A stretch of 64,000 nucleotides of DNA. Origin: Raillietiella orientalis. Lineage: Eukaryota. Positions within the stretch are counted from its first letter, which is position 1, and each line of letters starts with the position of its first letter. The notes beneath the pieces were generated by a model. That model had not been told where the DNA came from. It was given only the letters and a program-made list of their open reading frames with translations, and did not search any database. The stretch covers positions 434,001 to 498,000 of the forward strand of contig JAYWIR010000029.1 of assembly GCA_036172245.1 (NCBI GenBank). Reading direction: 5' to 3'. The position numbers were made by a program, and so were the translations under genes. Positions 14,701 to 29,700 of the stretch are shown here, in pieces.

Positions 14701-15038
14701 AATATAAGGAAGACAACTGAGCAAAACTCAATGGCTGAATCTTGATTTCGATATGATGGTACCTATCTGTGCCAAAGTTATTCTACGTTTCCTACACACA
14801 TGTTCACTGGAAAAACCGTCTTACAACCACCTATGCGTCCTTTCATTTAATCTAATCAATAAATTCAGGTACATTCTTTTATTTTTTGTCCCCTTGTGAC
14901 CATGTGGAATTCCGGAAAACCTACCTGCAAATTTTTCAACTGTCCAAAGACGTCCTGTGTTCTAGAAACAATTTCTTGCACTGTTTCCTGACCCATTTTG
15001 CAAAGGGATGCAGTCACAAACTCTTTATGCTGTGCCAT
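11719..15038 (-). CDS. MED30: Mediator subunit 30; exons 15038-14925, 13293-13135, 13076-12966, 11817-11719 (160 aa)
   Basis: Spliced protein MAQHKEFVTASLCKMGQETVQEIVSRT..LQ|LPN..FKRLRFIYNRC..|..|QIISRNRHLKELIDHMRSIVWEINTMLLMRNL* matches recalled MED30 motifs. All three introns are GT-AG, phase 0. Confidence 0.95.
13572..13747. repeat. 55-bp inverted repeat (13572-13626 / 13650-13704) plus adjacent 34-bp near-palindrome (13714-13747) in MED30 intron 1; MITE-like
   Basis: The arms match at 51/55 positions. CAAGTTTGACAT...ATGTCAAACTTG follows 9 bp later. Confidence 0.9.
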
Positions 15039-15559
15039 TATCACAAATATCACAAACGCAACAATAAGGCTATTTCACAAGTGCTCTTCATGAATTTGAC
15101 TCGATTTACACAATGTGCAGGTTTTGAACCGCTAATAAATTTGTTTAAGACAATATTTTCCTTTACATTCACATAATGCAAATAACTTTACACCTTCAGA
15201 GATACTGCACAGATAGCGGCGCACGTGTTACCGTGTTTACTATTTGCTTGTGGCTATAGCTCTGGTGTAGAAGATACAGACGTATGTAATCAACATTGAA
15301 TTGGTACACACATCATCATAAGGTTTCCATCATAAAGTTATTTAAAGCACTCTAAAAGTATGTTGCGAAGTGACAAAAATGATGACGTGACTTTTGCTCG
15401 GCTATTTGAATTAAAGCTTAAATGTAACAGTGTGATCTGGCATTACGAAAAGACCTTGCAGATATTCACACAAGAATGTAATGAATCAGGAAATTAATGA
15501 AGGATAACTAGATAACCTTCATTGACGTATTTCTCAAAGATTATTCTTTATTTATTTTG

Positions 15560-18500
15560 ACTTGAATAACGTCTGTGTTCGGAGCATAGTTGAAATCGGA
15601 GCGTCGCGAAAAATTAAACACTTCTATTTCCGAACCTAATAGACAAAAGTATGCAGACGTATCCAAAGAAGTGTCCAATCTAATCTAGTTGCTTTCTGGG
15701 TGGTATTGTGACTGAGAGGAGCATAGCAGTTCTTTCATAGCCCCCAGACGGTAAAGTCGATATGCCGCGACTGGTTAGTTCAACCAAACGTGTATCACGG
15801 CATGGAGGGAAACGCAAGCAGCAAGATCAAAAAGTTCCAGAGGCGGCAGCGGAACATATGCCAGGGCAAGTCGAAAACCCAAACATGAACAAGATCAAGA
15901 ACAGGAAGATGAGGATGAACAGCCCTCGGCATCCAAAGGACCACAAAGAATACAAATGAGTCAATCAGAAGCACGAGGGACAGATGTGCAACTGTTTTTG
16001 TTCATCCAATGACAGAACAAGAGCGAGAGAGAGATTATGCATCAGCAAAAGGACTCTCTTTGAAACGAAGTAACCAAAGAATGCGTTTGGACAGGTGCGC
16101 AGTGTTCCAGACAGACTGTGGCTTAAGAATGATGTCAGAACAGCAAAGTCTAGTCATTTAGCTATTTTGTGAGAAGTTCCAGAAGACTCAGAGAATGTAT
16201 CACTGTTCCTACTCTGGTTCTCTTGTTTCGGAAGTTTAGATGTGGGAAACGTACCATCGTTGTTTAAAACGAATGAATTCACATATCCTCCATATCCTCC
16301 TAATTACCTCGTCAAGACTTTGTAAGTGAGCGTTTAGTACCTCCAAGATTGCCGCTCATGCAGTTCAGACGTCCAAGACAGGCAGCTATGGTTTCGTGGG
16401 ACAAGTGATCGGCGTTTCCAGGAGGAGTTGATAACATGGCTGCTGAATTGCCACGAGCGTTGGACGATGATCATGCTTTCAGTGTTCTTATTAAGGTACA
16501 CATCATCCATAAATCGAGTTACTTGCAAGGATATGCTAAGAAGGAAACTGTAAAAGCTTGGTTGAGATACTTGATCAACACACCTCTACACAAACGTTGC
16601 AAGGCTGCAGTTGATTGCAAACTCCTGTATCCTCGAATGCCACTCAATCAGCAAATGAAGTTGAGAGCATTGAATTGTGAGAGAATGATATCGGTTTGCT
16701 TATCGCACAGCAGCATCCCTCGTCATGGAATGACGATGGATATTTTGCATTTGCTCCAGAACAATGTAACTAAGCATGTCGATCGTTTACGACAAACGCG
16801 CCGAAGAGTTGTCATTTCCATTTATTTACTGAGAACATCCTTGAAAGTTCAAGTTCCCGTTTTGTGGCGTATATGATGACAACGAGTGAAATAAGACGAG
16901 GTCGTCGCAGAGTTACACGATATCATAGATTGTAAATGTCGGGGATGATGATCTTGAGACCGATCACAACTGAAGATTCCAACTCGATGTCTGAGTGCGT
17001 TGGAGAGACTTCAAACGTTAGGAGACGAAATGAGTTTGTCGAATAGTGCATTTCTCAAATCAATTCCATAGATAGGAAAGAAAAAAAGATGCCTTTGCTA
17101 TGATGAGACAGCTTGGAAAAGCAACTATTTTCTGACGTTCAGTACCGCCGAATTGGAATGACCTCACCTCCTGAAAACTTTACAATGCTTAAGTGCAAAT
17201 CAAGATGTGAAGATCCAATGACTGAGATGACTGTTCTTCAGAGAGCAAAGTTAGTTAAGGAAGATTCAGTTACTTATGTAGTTTATTTGAATGAACTCGT
17301 GAAAATTTTAATGCAAACCTTACAATCAAAGAGATACAATTACCTTGGTTGAAATCGAGTGGTTGACTACTCGAAGTGAATGGAGTTTCAACATCGAGGC
17401 AGTCCACATGCTCATATACTCTTATGGTTCGAACACAACCCGAAAGAAGTTGTTTCTGATGAGATCCTAAACACTGTGGTTTTAGTGGACGAACTTTGTA
17501 GCGTTAATTCTGTGCATCTCGCAACTCCTGTTTAAACCAAATACATAAACATACATTCACTGCTGCAAGAAAAATGATAATGGATACAGGTTTAATAAAC
17601 TATAATGCCCATGAAAGAAGCGAAGATATTAACAGAGGTGAATTCACAGAACAATCGAAGAACAAATTTTAAGCAAAAATGTGGACAGCTCAAGAAAGAT
17701 GTAGATGTGTTACGAGTCACTCGATCAATTTCTTGGAGAATCTGCTATTTCCCTAAAAAAGCATTTGGACATCATTCGTTCAGTATTCTCTACAGTCCTG
17801 TCGAAAAGAATCATGAGCAACTATCGAATAATGCATGTAATCCATGGATAGCTTCAGTATCGAATTCTAATATGCACTTGCAGGTCACTTCGGAAGAACA
17901 TTCATGTGCATCATACGTAGCTGAATACGTTAACAAACCAATCTAAGCATAAGTCATCTTCATAGAGTTGGTCAAATTGCAAGAAGAGTTTCCTGATCAA
18001 GACTATACAGATCCTTGGAATGAGTTAGTACTAAAAGTGCTAACCAGCGTGGAGATGAATGCCCAAGACGCTGCATGATATCTGCTTCGACACCAACGTC
18101 TGAAGCGAGCAGAGAAGTGGCTTACATCCAGGCAACTTGGTCACACGAAAGACAAAGGATGAGAAAAGTAAGAAAGGAATGAACGAAAAGAATATAGGTG
18201 TTTCAATTGATATATGAATTGAAAACAACATATACGAGAATCACCCAAAATAAGGCCAACTTAAAAGATATTGATTGGATTTTTTTTAGAAATGTAACAT
18301 CATCAAGAAGCAATACAAGGATCGAAAACAGATGATCATTCGATACCGTCATTATAAAATGTCTGAACCAGCTAAATACAAAACAGAAATGGATTTACTT
18401 TACTGGCATTTGAAAATGAGATGGTCGATACTTCCGATTCGACTAAGTTTCTGCGATGTGAATGAAGACTGTAGCATGATTTGTAGGAAGCGATACGAGT

Positions 18501-19780
18501 CAAGCAAAGATACTGTGAAGACCTCGGAGATTGTAGAAAATTGTGCGTTGAGATGGTCGAACAAGATGCTCGAGCAAAGAACGAAGTGTGCATTCGGAGC
18601 AGGTCAGTTGAAGAAGCCTCGAACAACTTTTAGCAGAATAACGATGACATCGAACCAACATTCGTAGGCTCTCTTTCGTCTGATATTTGAGAGAGAATGT
18701 CACATCAAGTGAAGAATACTGAAAGCTATTCGATTGACGAATAAAGAACAGAGAGAACTCGTTTGGAAGTTATAAATTCGGATGATAGATCAGCAAAATA
18801 CAAAAACCTTTAAATGTTCTTTACCAGTCCAGTCGGTTGTGGTAACACATTCACCTGGAAGATAATTATGGAAACGTACGATCGTTTAAGTCAGTCTCAC
18901 AGCTCGATTCATAACTTATTCGTTGCTTGCGACAGGAAAGGACTCTGTTACGATACATTGTGCATTTAGTAGTGGAATGTCCGGAATACACGGAGGCCTG
19001 CGAGAAATACTTGTTGAAACGGCTTCTTGAACTTTCAGGCCATCGTCCTGGATGAAGTAAGCATGGCTGGCTCTGGCATCTTCCATGTTATGAATTCATG
19101 ATCGCAAGAAATCAGCGCTGATTTGGCGGAGTTGGGTTTGAGTGAGTTCGACATAATATTCTGCGGCGTCGATTTTCGTCAGTCACCCCCCATTCAAGCG
19201 AGGCAGACATTCAAACCACATAAGGACCCGGATGGGAGAACTCGAATCTTGTAAAAGTCTCTAAGCTTCTTCCCGCTCGTCCAGGTAATGAGACAGTGAT
19301 GTTGGATCTCTGGAAGGAAATGAGAAACAATTGATTGAAAGTCGGTTTAGAACTAAAGACTTTGTCCAAATGCTATCCGTTGTTTCATCGATCAGCGGCG
19401 TTCTACAATAAAATGCTCAGGCGTTTCCAGAAGACACTACGATCGACTATACAGACGATGATTATTTCTCTGGATACCAATCCAATGAGCAATTGGTGAG
19501 CATGAGAATGTAGAGCCACTTCAAATGAGCTTTATGGAGACCGTGAGCTTCATTTATCTACATTTATCAACTGATAAACCATACATGAGGACAGTGAATG
19601 CCAACCAAAAGAAGATGGCTCATTTAAGGGAGCAGCTTGAATTTTGCAACCTATTGGATATCAGAAGTTTGTGATTGAATTTCGATAGTAAGAATTTATT
19701 TTTTTTTTATTTCCATCCTGAAACCAAATGCGGATCACAATCAAATCCTTCGGTTCGTACAAAAACGAGTAAGTAATGGA
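15560..19780 (+). mobile_element. Decayed Helitron (Helentron/Helitron2-like) Rep-helicase; termini not resolved
   Basis: Motifs occur in the expected order across frameshifts: DRLWLKND (~16110); LPRALDDD..IHKSSYL..VKAWLRYL (16448-16575); MMRQLGK (~17100); HUH motif EFQHRGSPHAHILLW (17383-17430); Y2 motif SYVAEYVNK (17911-17937); PIF1 Walker A-like FFTSPVGCGNTFT (18817-18855); Walker B IVLDEVSM (19042-19065); FCGVDFRQSPP (~19160-19191); LVQVMRQ (~19276-19296). Many stop codons. Confidence 0.9.
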
Positions 19781-19829
19781 CACCTTTTATTCTCTTTAGT
19801 AGTTTGAATCTCAAGAAAAATTGAGCACT

Positions 19830-20650
19830 ATACTGGAATAAATGAGGCTCACAGACTGATAAAGAATGTTTTCAAAACATGGGAAATGTGCCGTCAAAAG
19901 TGGAGGAAACCCATATATGAAGCCTTAGAGCATTAGGAAAGTTCATCGAAATTAGAAGTAATGAAAACAGGATGCAAATTTTAATGTGAAACCAAGTAGA
20001 AGCTTTCAAAGAAAACACAAAGGAAGAGGATAGCTGAAGAAAATTGCTATGCATAAAAAGAGATTTTCTGACCATGCTCTGTATTAATTAGAAAGAAAAG
20101 CTCTAGTGATTCAGCTAGTGTAGGAAAATTGTTTTGTGGGAATCATATAAAGCAGTTTTATGAATGGCGACTCGTCGTTATCAGAAACGCAGTTCTTAAT
20201 AGAGAATGGAACAGTTCAGTCAACTAATCGTGAAAGATTCATGAGTACCGTTATTCACAAACCAAGGAGTTTTTCGTGCTAATGGAAATCGGAATTTTTG
20301 ACCTTATAAATGCTGAAAAATGAGATCGACTTCTTGATAAAAAGAAATACAAGCTGGTTTCTAAGAAGTACAGTACAAATAACTTGGAATCCCACAAAAA
20401 TAAAAAGTCAAGTCTTGTAGACAGTCATATAATATTTTAAAACTCAACTGATTCTTTTGGAACAGAGAAACAAGGAATTGTAAACGAAGTCAACTACATA
20501 CGAGATCTATCATAGCTGAATCTCCTTTTTTAGTGCTAGACTGAACTCAGAAGATTTGCTTTTCGAGCTCGTTTTCCAGTCTATCTTGTTTCTGATTCGG
20601 CTACAGAAAAGAACTTGTTAAAATAAAAATGAAGCTCTCGCTTTATCTAA
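19830..20650 (+). mobile_element. Possible PIF/Harbinger remnant (Myb/SANT-like trace)
   Basis: The only recognisable motif is TWEMCRQKWRK, which resembles the C..KW helix of MADF/Myb-SANT domains. Confidence 0.2.
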
Positions 20651-21760
20651 GATTAGCTAAGGGCATTGAATATTCCACGGCTTTAAAATATTTGATTTAC
20701 AAACAATAATTATTCCTCGCCCGTGATTCTGCTGAATCTTAATCAAAAAAAGAATAGCTTTAAAAGGTTATTTTCTTAAGTACAGGTTTTTTTTTACTCT
20801 TCTCTTTGCAAAGCATTTTATCAAAATTTGCTTCAGGTTCTCATGACATTACCTTGTTTCAATGATCCTAAATAAGTTCATTTTAAGCCAATCTCTAACC
20901 ATAAATACCATTTCATATGAATAAAAATGTGTAGTGAATAACATGCTTTGGGGGATATTTCTGGTACGTATCTGTGTTTTCCAAAAAAAAAAAAAGCACA
21001 TGAATAAAATAAAAGTGAACTCGAAATAAAATTGCCTTTGGATAAGAATAATACCTTTTCAATCTCCTACCAAGAAGTTGAGAAATCTGAAACATAGCTA
21101 TTGCTTTCCGTAAGATTACACTTTGAAAAGATATAAGCCTTTCTTAATTAAGTCTTTACATGTTTCCTTCCTTAAATTTTTGTTTATGAATGTTGAACGA
21201 AAGAAAACATACCAAGGTGATGATGAAATGATCAATAGAAAAAGCAATCAAACATAAGCAGTTTGCTTTCATTTTATTTAGTGTACTTTCAAAAACAGAG
21301 ATCCCGAGAAATAAAAAAATACATTAGAAGTGATTGAATAGAATGAAAATGAAAATGCAGCGAAGATAATTCATAATGTGATAAATGATATGATAAGGAG
21401 AAAAAACTGGAATTTCACTTTGTAATTGGTAGCCCCACTAAAGTGAAATATTATCTGCCAAATCTTCAAATTTTGATTTTCAAATCCTTTGGACCGTTAG
21501 GTAAGTATATACAGCTACATGGAAAAATTAGAAAAGGTCATAATTATTGAAAGATACTTTTTGAACAACCAAAGATGAATTCTCAACAAGACATTTTTGT
21601 CGATCAATCTTTCATGAATTAAAGCATTGCACACACTGACGAATACCATCACGTTTTTCCACCACACAATATTTTTGATTCGTGCATTATTGTGTGGCAT
21701 CCCTTCTTTGTATGTGTGAGGCTCAATGGAAAGGCCATTTCAACGACTGTTTACGTAATT

Positions 21761-23675
21761 ATGGCCATTTCAAAAACTACGAACACTTACAATCGTTTGA
21801 ACTGGGAAGAATCGGTATGTGTATAAACATGTTTTAATTAGTTTAATTTTTATAGGGAAAATGTTTCAAAAGTGCTGTTTTTGTATTGTAGCGTTAATTC
21901 ACTTATGTTTTAGGAGTTCCCAATTTTATGTCAGACATGTCTTGGAGATAATCCTTACATCAGAATGGTGAGGCTCCTTTTTTTTCTTATCGACTAGTAG
22001 CAATAATCTTAACTTAACAGTATCCTTGATATCCAGTGCCCAACTGTTTCACAAAAGAATTAGCTGTTAAGACTTTTTTGTATTGCTTAAACTTTTATGT
22101 ATTTACTGAAAATAGTCCATGTAAGCTACGCTTATGTGTTGTTACCAAATATGCAGTATTTCGTGTAATGAATTTGAGGAGGATATCTTACATGAGTTCA
22201 AGATTGAAGCCTCAAATGATGAATCATTTTATGCACCCTTACAGAAAAAAATTTTAATAATTGAACAGTAGAGCATTTTTTTGTTGTTTGAGCTGTAGTC
22301 AGCTCAAACTAACTAATTTTCATAGACTTGCAAAAATTTGTTTCGCTGTTTAAAGAAGTTGTAAATTTAGACAAAGGAAACTTATGGAAAAGAGTGCAAG
22401 GTCTGTACTCGTCCCTTCACCGTATTTCGTTGGTGTCCCGGTTCACGTATGCGATTTAAGAAGACTGAGATTTGTCAGACATGCAGCAGGAGTAAAAATG
22501 TGTGTCAGACATGTCTGTTGGATCTAGAATATGGATTACCCATACAAGTACGAGATTATGCCTTGAATGTAAAAGATGATCTTCCAAAATCAGATGTCAA
22601 CAGAGAGTATTTCATGCAAAACACAGAGCAGGAGGTACACTGATGAATCCTTAATTTTTAATTAAAGATCTCTATTAGTTGGCCAAAAATGATAGCACAG
22701 CACCAGGTGGTGCTGTAGGAAAAGCACAAGCGCCAAGTGATTTGCTTCTCAAATTAGCTAGAACTACTCCATATTATAAGCGTAATCGTCCACATATTTG
22801 TTCATTTTGGGTAAAAGGGGAATGTAAACGAGGAGAAGAATGCCCATATCGACATGAGAAGCCAACAGATCCGGATGATCCTCTCTCAGATCAGAATATT
22901 AAAGACAGGTATCAGTTTGCTAATACTGCTTTAACTAAATCTGTATGTGCAGATATTATGGGTTGAATGATCCTGTAGCAGATAAGCTGCTTCGTAGAGC
23001 AGCAGCCATGCCAAAATTAGAGCCTCCAGAAGATCCTTCCATTTCCACTTTGTATGTAGGCAATTTAGGAGAAAAGATTACGGAAAAAGAACTGAGGTAA
23101 ACTGTAAAGTTCGTTGCATTCAAAATTAAATAATACTTTTCAGAGATCACTTTTATCAATATGGAGAAATTCGTTCTGTCACGATGGTTCCCAAACAAGG
23201 CTGTGCCTTTGTACAGTATACAAGTCGAACTGCAGCTGAAGTAGCAGCAGAACGTACTTTTAATAAGTTAATCATGCAAGGCCGAAGATTAACTATCAAA
23301 TGGGGCAAATCCCAAGCAAAACAAGGAATTGCAGGCAAAGAAGATGAAGAACAATTGTATGATCCTGTGCCAGGATTACCAGGGGCATTGCCTCCCCCAC
23401 CCAAAGAACTTACAAATAATTTCTTTAATTTGGCACAGCCAATTGGAACGCTTCCAACTGTGCTGCCAACTACAGGAGTAATGTCTCCTGCATATATTTT
23501 AACACCACAACTTCAGGTTTTGCAGCCTGGTATTTTACCAGTTCAGTCCAATTATGTTGCTTCCCAACCCCCTGTGCCTGGAATAAATAGTAATGTTTCT
23601 CAACCAGTTAACAGGCCAGGAATCCACTATCCCTCTCAGGATCCCCAAAGAATGGGAGCAACTCAATCAAGATAA
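21761..23675 (+). CDS. RBM22: Pre-mRNA splicing factor RBM22; exons 21761-21814, 21914-21967, 22371-22634, 22679-22908, 22953-23096, 23144-23675
   Basis: [37 protein letters not shown]-terminus, [14 protein letters not shown] finger [25 protein letters not shown] (LYVGNL..CAFVQY) and C-terminal [11 protein letters not shown]. All junctions are GT-AG and phase-consistent. Confidence 0.98.
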
Positions 23676-23735
23676 TTATGAAAATAAGTAATATATAACA
23701 CTTTGAATACTTGTGTTTGATTTGATACAGCAATT

Positions 23736-26700
23736 CTATGAATGGGAGGATGCTAACAAGAGATGACCTGGAAGTTGCTCCTTACAAACAAATTTGTCAA
23801 TAAGCTCCTGCAAAGGAGCTAACTCCTTTTTTTCAATTAAATTAAACTCCTGCATGAAATGGGCAAACTTCAGCAATTTTGAACTAAAAATACAAACCTG
23901 AACAAAAAATACAAAATGTTTGAAAGATGTATTTAGATGAGCCTCTTCTCCTAATTGGACCACTTTATTAAAATGTTGGTGATAAATGTGAGCATACACA
24001 CGAAATAGGCGCTTTAAAATAGTTTTAGCTATGTTGAGGAAGTTTTTTGGGAAGCGAACTCCTGGGAATTGTTTATTACTCATCCTATTAAATAAGGCAT
24101 GACATACCGATTTTTGAAGGGAAAAGAGTCTGGTCATCTAACTGGTCTTGTGCCCATGTCATTAAGTAGTCTATATATTCTGGTGCAGAGCACTTTATTG
24201 GTTTCTTAACAGTTTGGCCATCAGCCCAATGATATTCATACTTTGGACCTGCTGACATGACTGAACACGTTTCTTTGGTACAAAATTCGGTAATCGTTCC
24301 ATATAGCATGTTAATTTGATTGTAGAAATCAACAGCTGCAAATAAAATATTGACGTATGCATAATCTGACTGGTAGGTTTCTACAGTATTAACAAACAAT
24401 GCAATATAATTTATTTCTTGTTACTGATTTCTAAGAGTTCATGCATAATAAAGCAAAAAACTGCTTGTGATTTTGAAACAAACACAGTTAGAAAACATAA
24501 CTTCTAAAAATAGTTACATACACAATGCCATTTAGTATTAATAATCAAAGCTCAACATACTGGATTTGCAAAATGAAAATCCAAACAATTTCAAAGATGG
24601 ACTTAGTGGAGGCAAAAAAAAAAAATGGTGCTTAAAGTTTTTTGGAATTTTACAGGCTATGTGGCACTTCACGCAGACTCACAAATTTCCGGGATAGTCA
24701 AAGATATTCTTCTCTAATGAAACAGCAGCAATATGAAGTTTGTAACCATGATAATGTCCGCACTTTAGAGGTCTTTTATATTATATATGATGATAACTTT
24801 TTTGTGTGTGGAACGCACATGTATTTCCTTCCCTAGTTTCCTAACACACTTTTGCCACAAAGAATTCGATCTCTTCAAAAACAATTTTCAATTTCAAGAC
24901 CTGAAGTGTACAACTGAAGCTGTTTTTGTTTTTCCAGAGTACACAAACACATGATTAATAAATGACCGAAATTGTATGCACACCTTACAAAATGAAAGCC
25001 TCAGATGATTCTAAGTTTGATGTTCTGACTTAACAGGGAAACATCCACCCCGCATTTTTTTTTTCCAAACATCTTTAATTTCCTTGATATTTTACATTTT
25101 TAAACTTAATTTCCAATTGTATCATCCCCTAAAACTATCCTGTAACGACAGATACCTGGGTATTCAACATTCAAATTGGAGAAATTATCAATCACCATTG
25201 TGATAGGCATTATTCATTTTTCATTGTAGGATACTAATTTTTATACAAAGGGGTTCAATCTACTGTATGTTTGTTTAGCAGTCTGTCACTTGTAATGTTA
25301 AATAATTGGCCATTCTCATTCATGCCTACCTAATATGAAATGATAAGTAAAATTAAATTTGTTAAAGGTAGGAAACGTTTACCTGCTTTCATTGTCATTT
25401 TGTTATCACAAATAATTCATAGTTATTGAATAAGATTTTAAAGATTTAGAAACTAAAATCATTTATACAGTTAGTGGGCTTCTGTTCCCATTGCTAAACT
25501 TGATATACAACTTCACAAACCTCTAAAGGTATCTGAATCACAAAAGTCAGTGCTTTTACACAATCATATCCACAACGTTCAGAATATTTATCATCAATCA
25601 TTGAGGAAAAGTTTTTGAGGAAATGCTTTTTATTTTCCTTAGTACAAACCGTGATTATGTAATTTTCGATTTCTGGTAGTCAACATATTTCTAAACAACT
25701 CCATATTTAGAATTAATCTGCCTATAACTCAGTTTATACCTTAATACACTCTGAGAAGTTCATGAAAACTTACCGACATATTCAAAACATTAATTCAGAA
25801 TCTTCTTTGAAATTAATTAATATAAAAACTGAGAAAGAACAGATAAAACAAATTTTTATAAATCCTTCAGTTTTCTTGCTTTATATCATTCTTGCTTTTC
25901 ATTGTCATGTTACATCACATGTTTCAAGCTGTTTCTTTAGAATAGGATGAAAACTGCAGAAAATAATAATGAGACACATGAAACCATGAGTGTCTGATAA
26001 AATTTCTAAGCCATTCAATAACAAGATGTGCGTTTATAAATGAATTCTTTATTACCAATAACCAATGCAATTAACACACCATGACAAAATAAATCTTGGA
26101 GTATAAATATGTTTGTGGTCCAGTACCTCGAAATTTTTTGTTACATACAAATGATAATTATGTCACTTTAAATCTTCATATAGGAACAAATACCATTAAT
26201 AATGGAATGTATGTGTACTTGTATAAAGTGATGCATGTTGAGGTATAATGCAAGTATTCTGAAGAAATACTATCAATAAGATATTTACTGAATAACACTA
26301 TATCTTGCATCAGATCATCACAACTGAGAATGAATCAAAATTTCAACTCTACAATAAATACTAACTGTTCACAGCCACCCATTCATTTAGGTCTTCTCCA
26401 TCGGGAAGCATAACAGCTAAGCGCAAGTTTCCTGATCCCAAAGTGGATGAAGCATGTTTCATTAAATCATACTGATGAGTTCCCTCAGGAATATTCTTCT
26501 TTGGCTTGAAAGTCTTGGAGATTCTATTGCCACTACAAGATTGATGTGCTTACGAATCAAATTTTAAAAGACATTACAAACCAAAATTTCCTATGCATTA
26601 TAAGATTTAAAATTCAACTCAACATGCCTTATCCATATTCCAATAAATAACTCGAAACAAAAGCATTAAAATAATAAATACAATAACAGATTAAAATCAA

Positions 26701-29700
26701 AAGATACTAGAAAACAAAATTGTTTACAATATAACTGTAATCCTCCTTTCAATCCCATTGGCCCACCTGCATTTACAAAGATCACATTATAAAGAGCATC
26801 AGAAATTTATTAACAGATACTCTTCAAAATTTCCAAATGAAGAATCCCCCCCCCCCTCTTTTTTTACACCACTTTCACTACATTTATAAATAATGAAAAG
26901 GAAAAAAAATAAAACATCGATGGGTTTAACTTTTGTTTCATAGCAAATGATTAAATATGGCTATATTTTGATTACTCATAAAAACTGAATGACTGCTATT
27001 CAAATATGACTTACAAATCTAATAACTTCATTAAGCCATAAACAATGTCTTCAAAAAAAAAAAAAAAACTCTCAAAAAATGCTCTAAAACTTAGTTTATG
27101 GAGTTCAAATAAAAATAATGAGAAAAAATACGAGGGAGGAAAAAAATAACTTAATAAAAAAGTCCTTGTATATACAGGTAAAATCATAGTTTTTCAAAGT
27201 TGAAGTTGGAGCCAAGAAATCTATCATAAGCAAACAAAACCTGAGAGGAAAATATAGGAGTTTCTCTTGAAAAAATATATAAGGCAGAAAAAAAAAAAAA
27301 TTCTAACACATCTCCCACACTTAAAATGTAGGATACTAAATTTACATAAATGAATATAAAAATGACATTATATTATGAGCAGACAAATTAAGACCTTTAA
27401 TTCTTTATATTAACTGATTAATAGAAAAGAAAGAGCACAATTGAAACAGATATCATAAACAATTATCCTTCATAATGAAGCATCACAGATTAAAGCAACA
27501 TGACCCACCACAGAATTTCACTTGAGAAAAAACAGATATGCAACTGTATTCAAAAATAAAAAGCACTGGAGTATCAATTCAAAAGGATGAATTAAAACAA
27601 CTGATCCATAATCAATAACCAAATCATTAAATCACAGCAACAAATCTCTTGCACATAAACCAAAATCATCTTTTGAGATTGTTTGTGCACAAATTGGTAG
27701 AGTTGTATCTACAAAAGCATAATAAAAGAATGAAAATCAAGTATTTGTTAACTCAAGCATGGCTCAGTAGATTGAAAATAATGGAAGCAGCAATAATCAA
27801 AGTGTCTAAAACTAAAGCATTCTTAAAAAATGGCAAAATAACACTTGAATTTTTGCTTACACTTGACTGATACCTTATACCAACTGGACAGATAGCCATA
27901 AAATAGGAACCAACAAGATGACACAATTATGTATTAGCATGTACGATGCCAAAATATGACTGAATAACAATAATGAGAATACATATCATAATGAAACAAA
28001 CATCTTGTAATACAACATACATAAGAACTTTTAGACTGAACTTTTATTCCATCAAAATCTTTATATACATATTTAAGAATTGCAACATTATAGTTATAAT
28101 AATGATCAAACAATTGCAGATTCGACTACAACTATTAAGTAGTTGGATAAGAATAATTATTTTAATACAACTGCTTGAAGAGTTATGTCAAGATCAAATT
28201 GCAAAGTACTTTTACAACATCCACATCTGAAAATTCAAAATGCTGATAAGTGACATTAAAATTTTAACAAATACATAAACAAGTCCAAGTACGTAATTTA
28301 TATGCGATAATCAATCCAGCTTCTCTCAGGAAAGAAAAACTTCAAACACTCAAAAGTTGGGGCAAACAAGAATAGTAGCTATTGTCTAAGCATCAGCATT
28401 GGATACATAGCAAAGGACAAATGCACAATGCGGTAAATTGGAAATTAAAATGGAAAAGAACAATAATAGTGTATTAAATATGATACACTTGAAGAAGTTC
28501 TTTCAAAAAGAAAGTGAAAAGAAACAGTTGAAGTTGGAGCAAATTTCTGTTGCTTTTGTACTGAATGACTAATCATTATTAACTTGAAAAATTCAGAATT
28601 AATAAATAAATTGTTGGAATATGAAAACAGTTAGTATCTAGAAATAAGACTTTTCCTCACTGAGGAAAAATTATTCACATATAATAGGGATTAGCCTTAA
28701 TTTAAAAACTTAGGTATTTATCTATCTTGCTCTAAATAAACAACAGATTGTACGGAATACCGTAATACCTCAATTAAAACAAATATATTTGCAATGATAA
28801 AAATACTGGTAAAACACATTTATGAATGTTATGTATATGTAATCTACACAATACTAAATGCACATCCAGATAGACACGTGCATTTGAGGAGTCCCTTAAG
28901 TGTTAAAATAAGTAAATTACTACAATTTACAATTCACATCACATTACATAGCATTTTTCATACTCCTAGAAATTAATATTTCAAAAGATGTGTTATCATT
29001 GAAGCATGCACATGAAGAATCTTGACATCAATTTCAATATAAGGATGGAATGCCGTTTATAATTTAAAAAAGTTTGCGAAAATGAAGTTTGGAAGTCAAA
29101 CTAAAAATGGTTTATACTAAAAGATCAGACTGATTGAAAATTTAAAAAAATGAAATATGCATTGTTGTTCATACTGAGATTCTAACAAAATACGAAATTA
29201 TAATAATACAAGAATTGGCCTGGTATGGTATAAAAATGGTAGGAGTTCAAATTAAGCAAATAAATGTACATCGGATAATGTACTAAAATAATATATTTCA
29301 AAAAGGAATATAAGTTTAGTTTTGAATTTTTGAAAACAAATGCTATCGACTTAAATGGTATGCACTGTATTTCGCAGCGATGTAATCTTTCCATGTGGGG
29401 TCACACACAATAGAGCTATCATAATATAGCATAGAACGGTACAATTACAACTTGTTAATGTACAAAAATCACATAAGCCGAATGGAAACCAATTAAAGCA
29501 ACCAAACATTAATGAAACTGGACGGGAAACTCATTACTGAACTACGTATTCTTCACAAGATTTGCCATCAATGTCATAAAAAAAAAAAAAAGTTTTTTTA
29601 TAAGCAACTAGAAGGTTTTCTTGAATTTTTCTCTATTCTTTAATGTGCGACATCACATGGATGTTGTCTTATTGAATGCGAATTAATTGACTTGTATAAT

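Noticed and set aside
21515..21700. Small ORF divergent from RBM22
   Set aside because: 61 aa with no recognisable motif or splice support.
29521..29534. Alternative MOB1 first exon ATGAGTTTCCC on the minus strand
   Set aside because: The donor is weak; the exon at 29984-29971 has gtgagt and gives the expected MSFIF.
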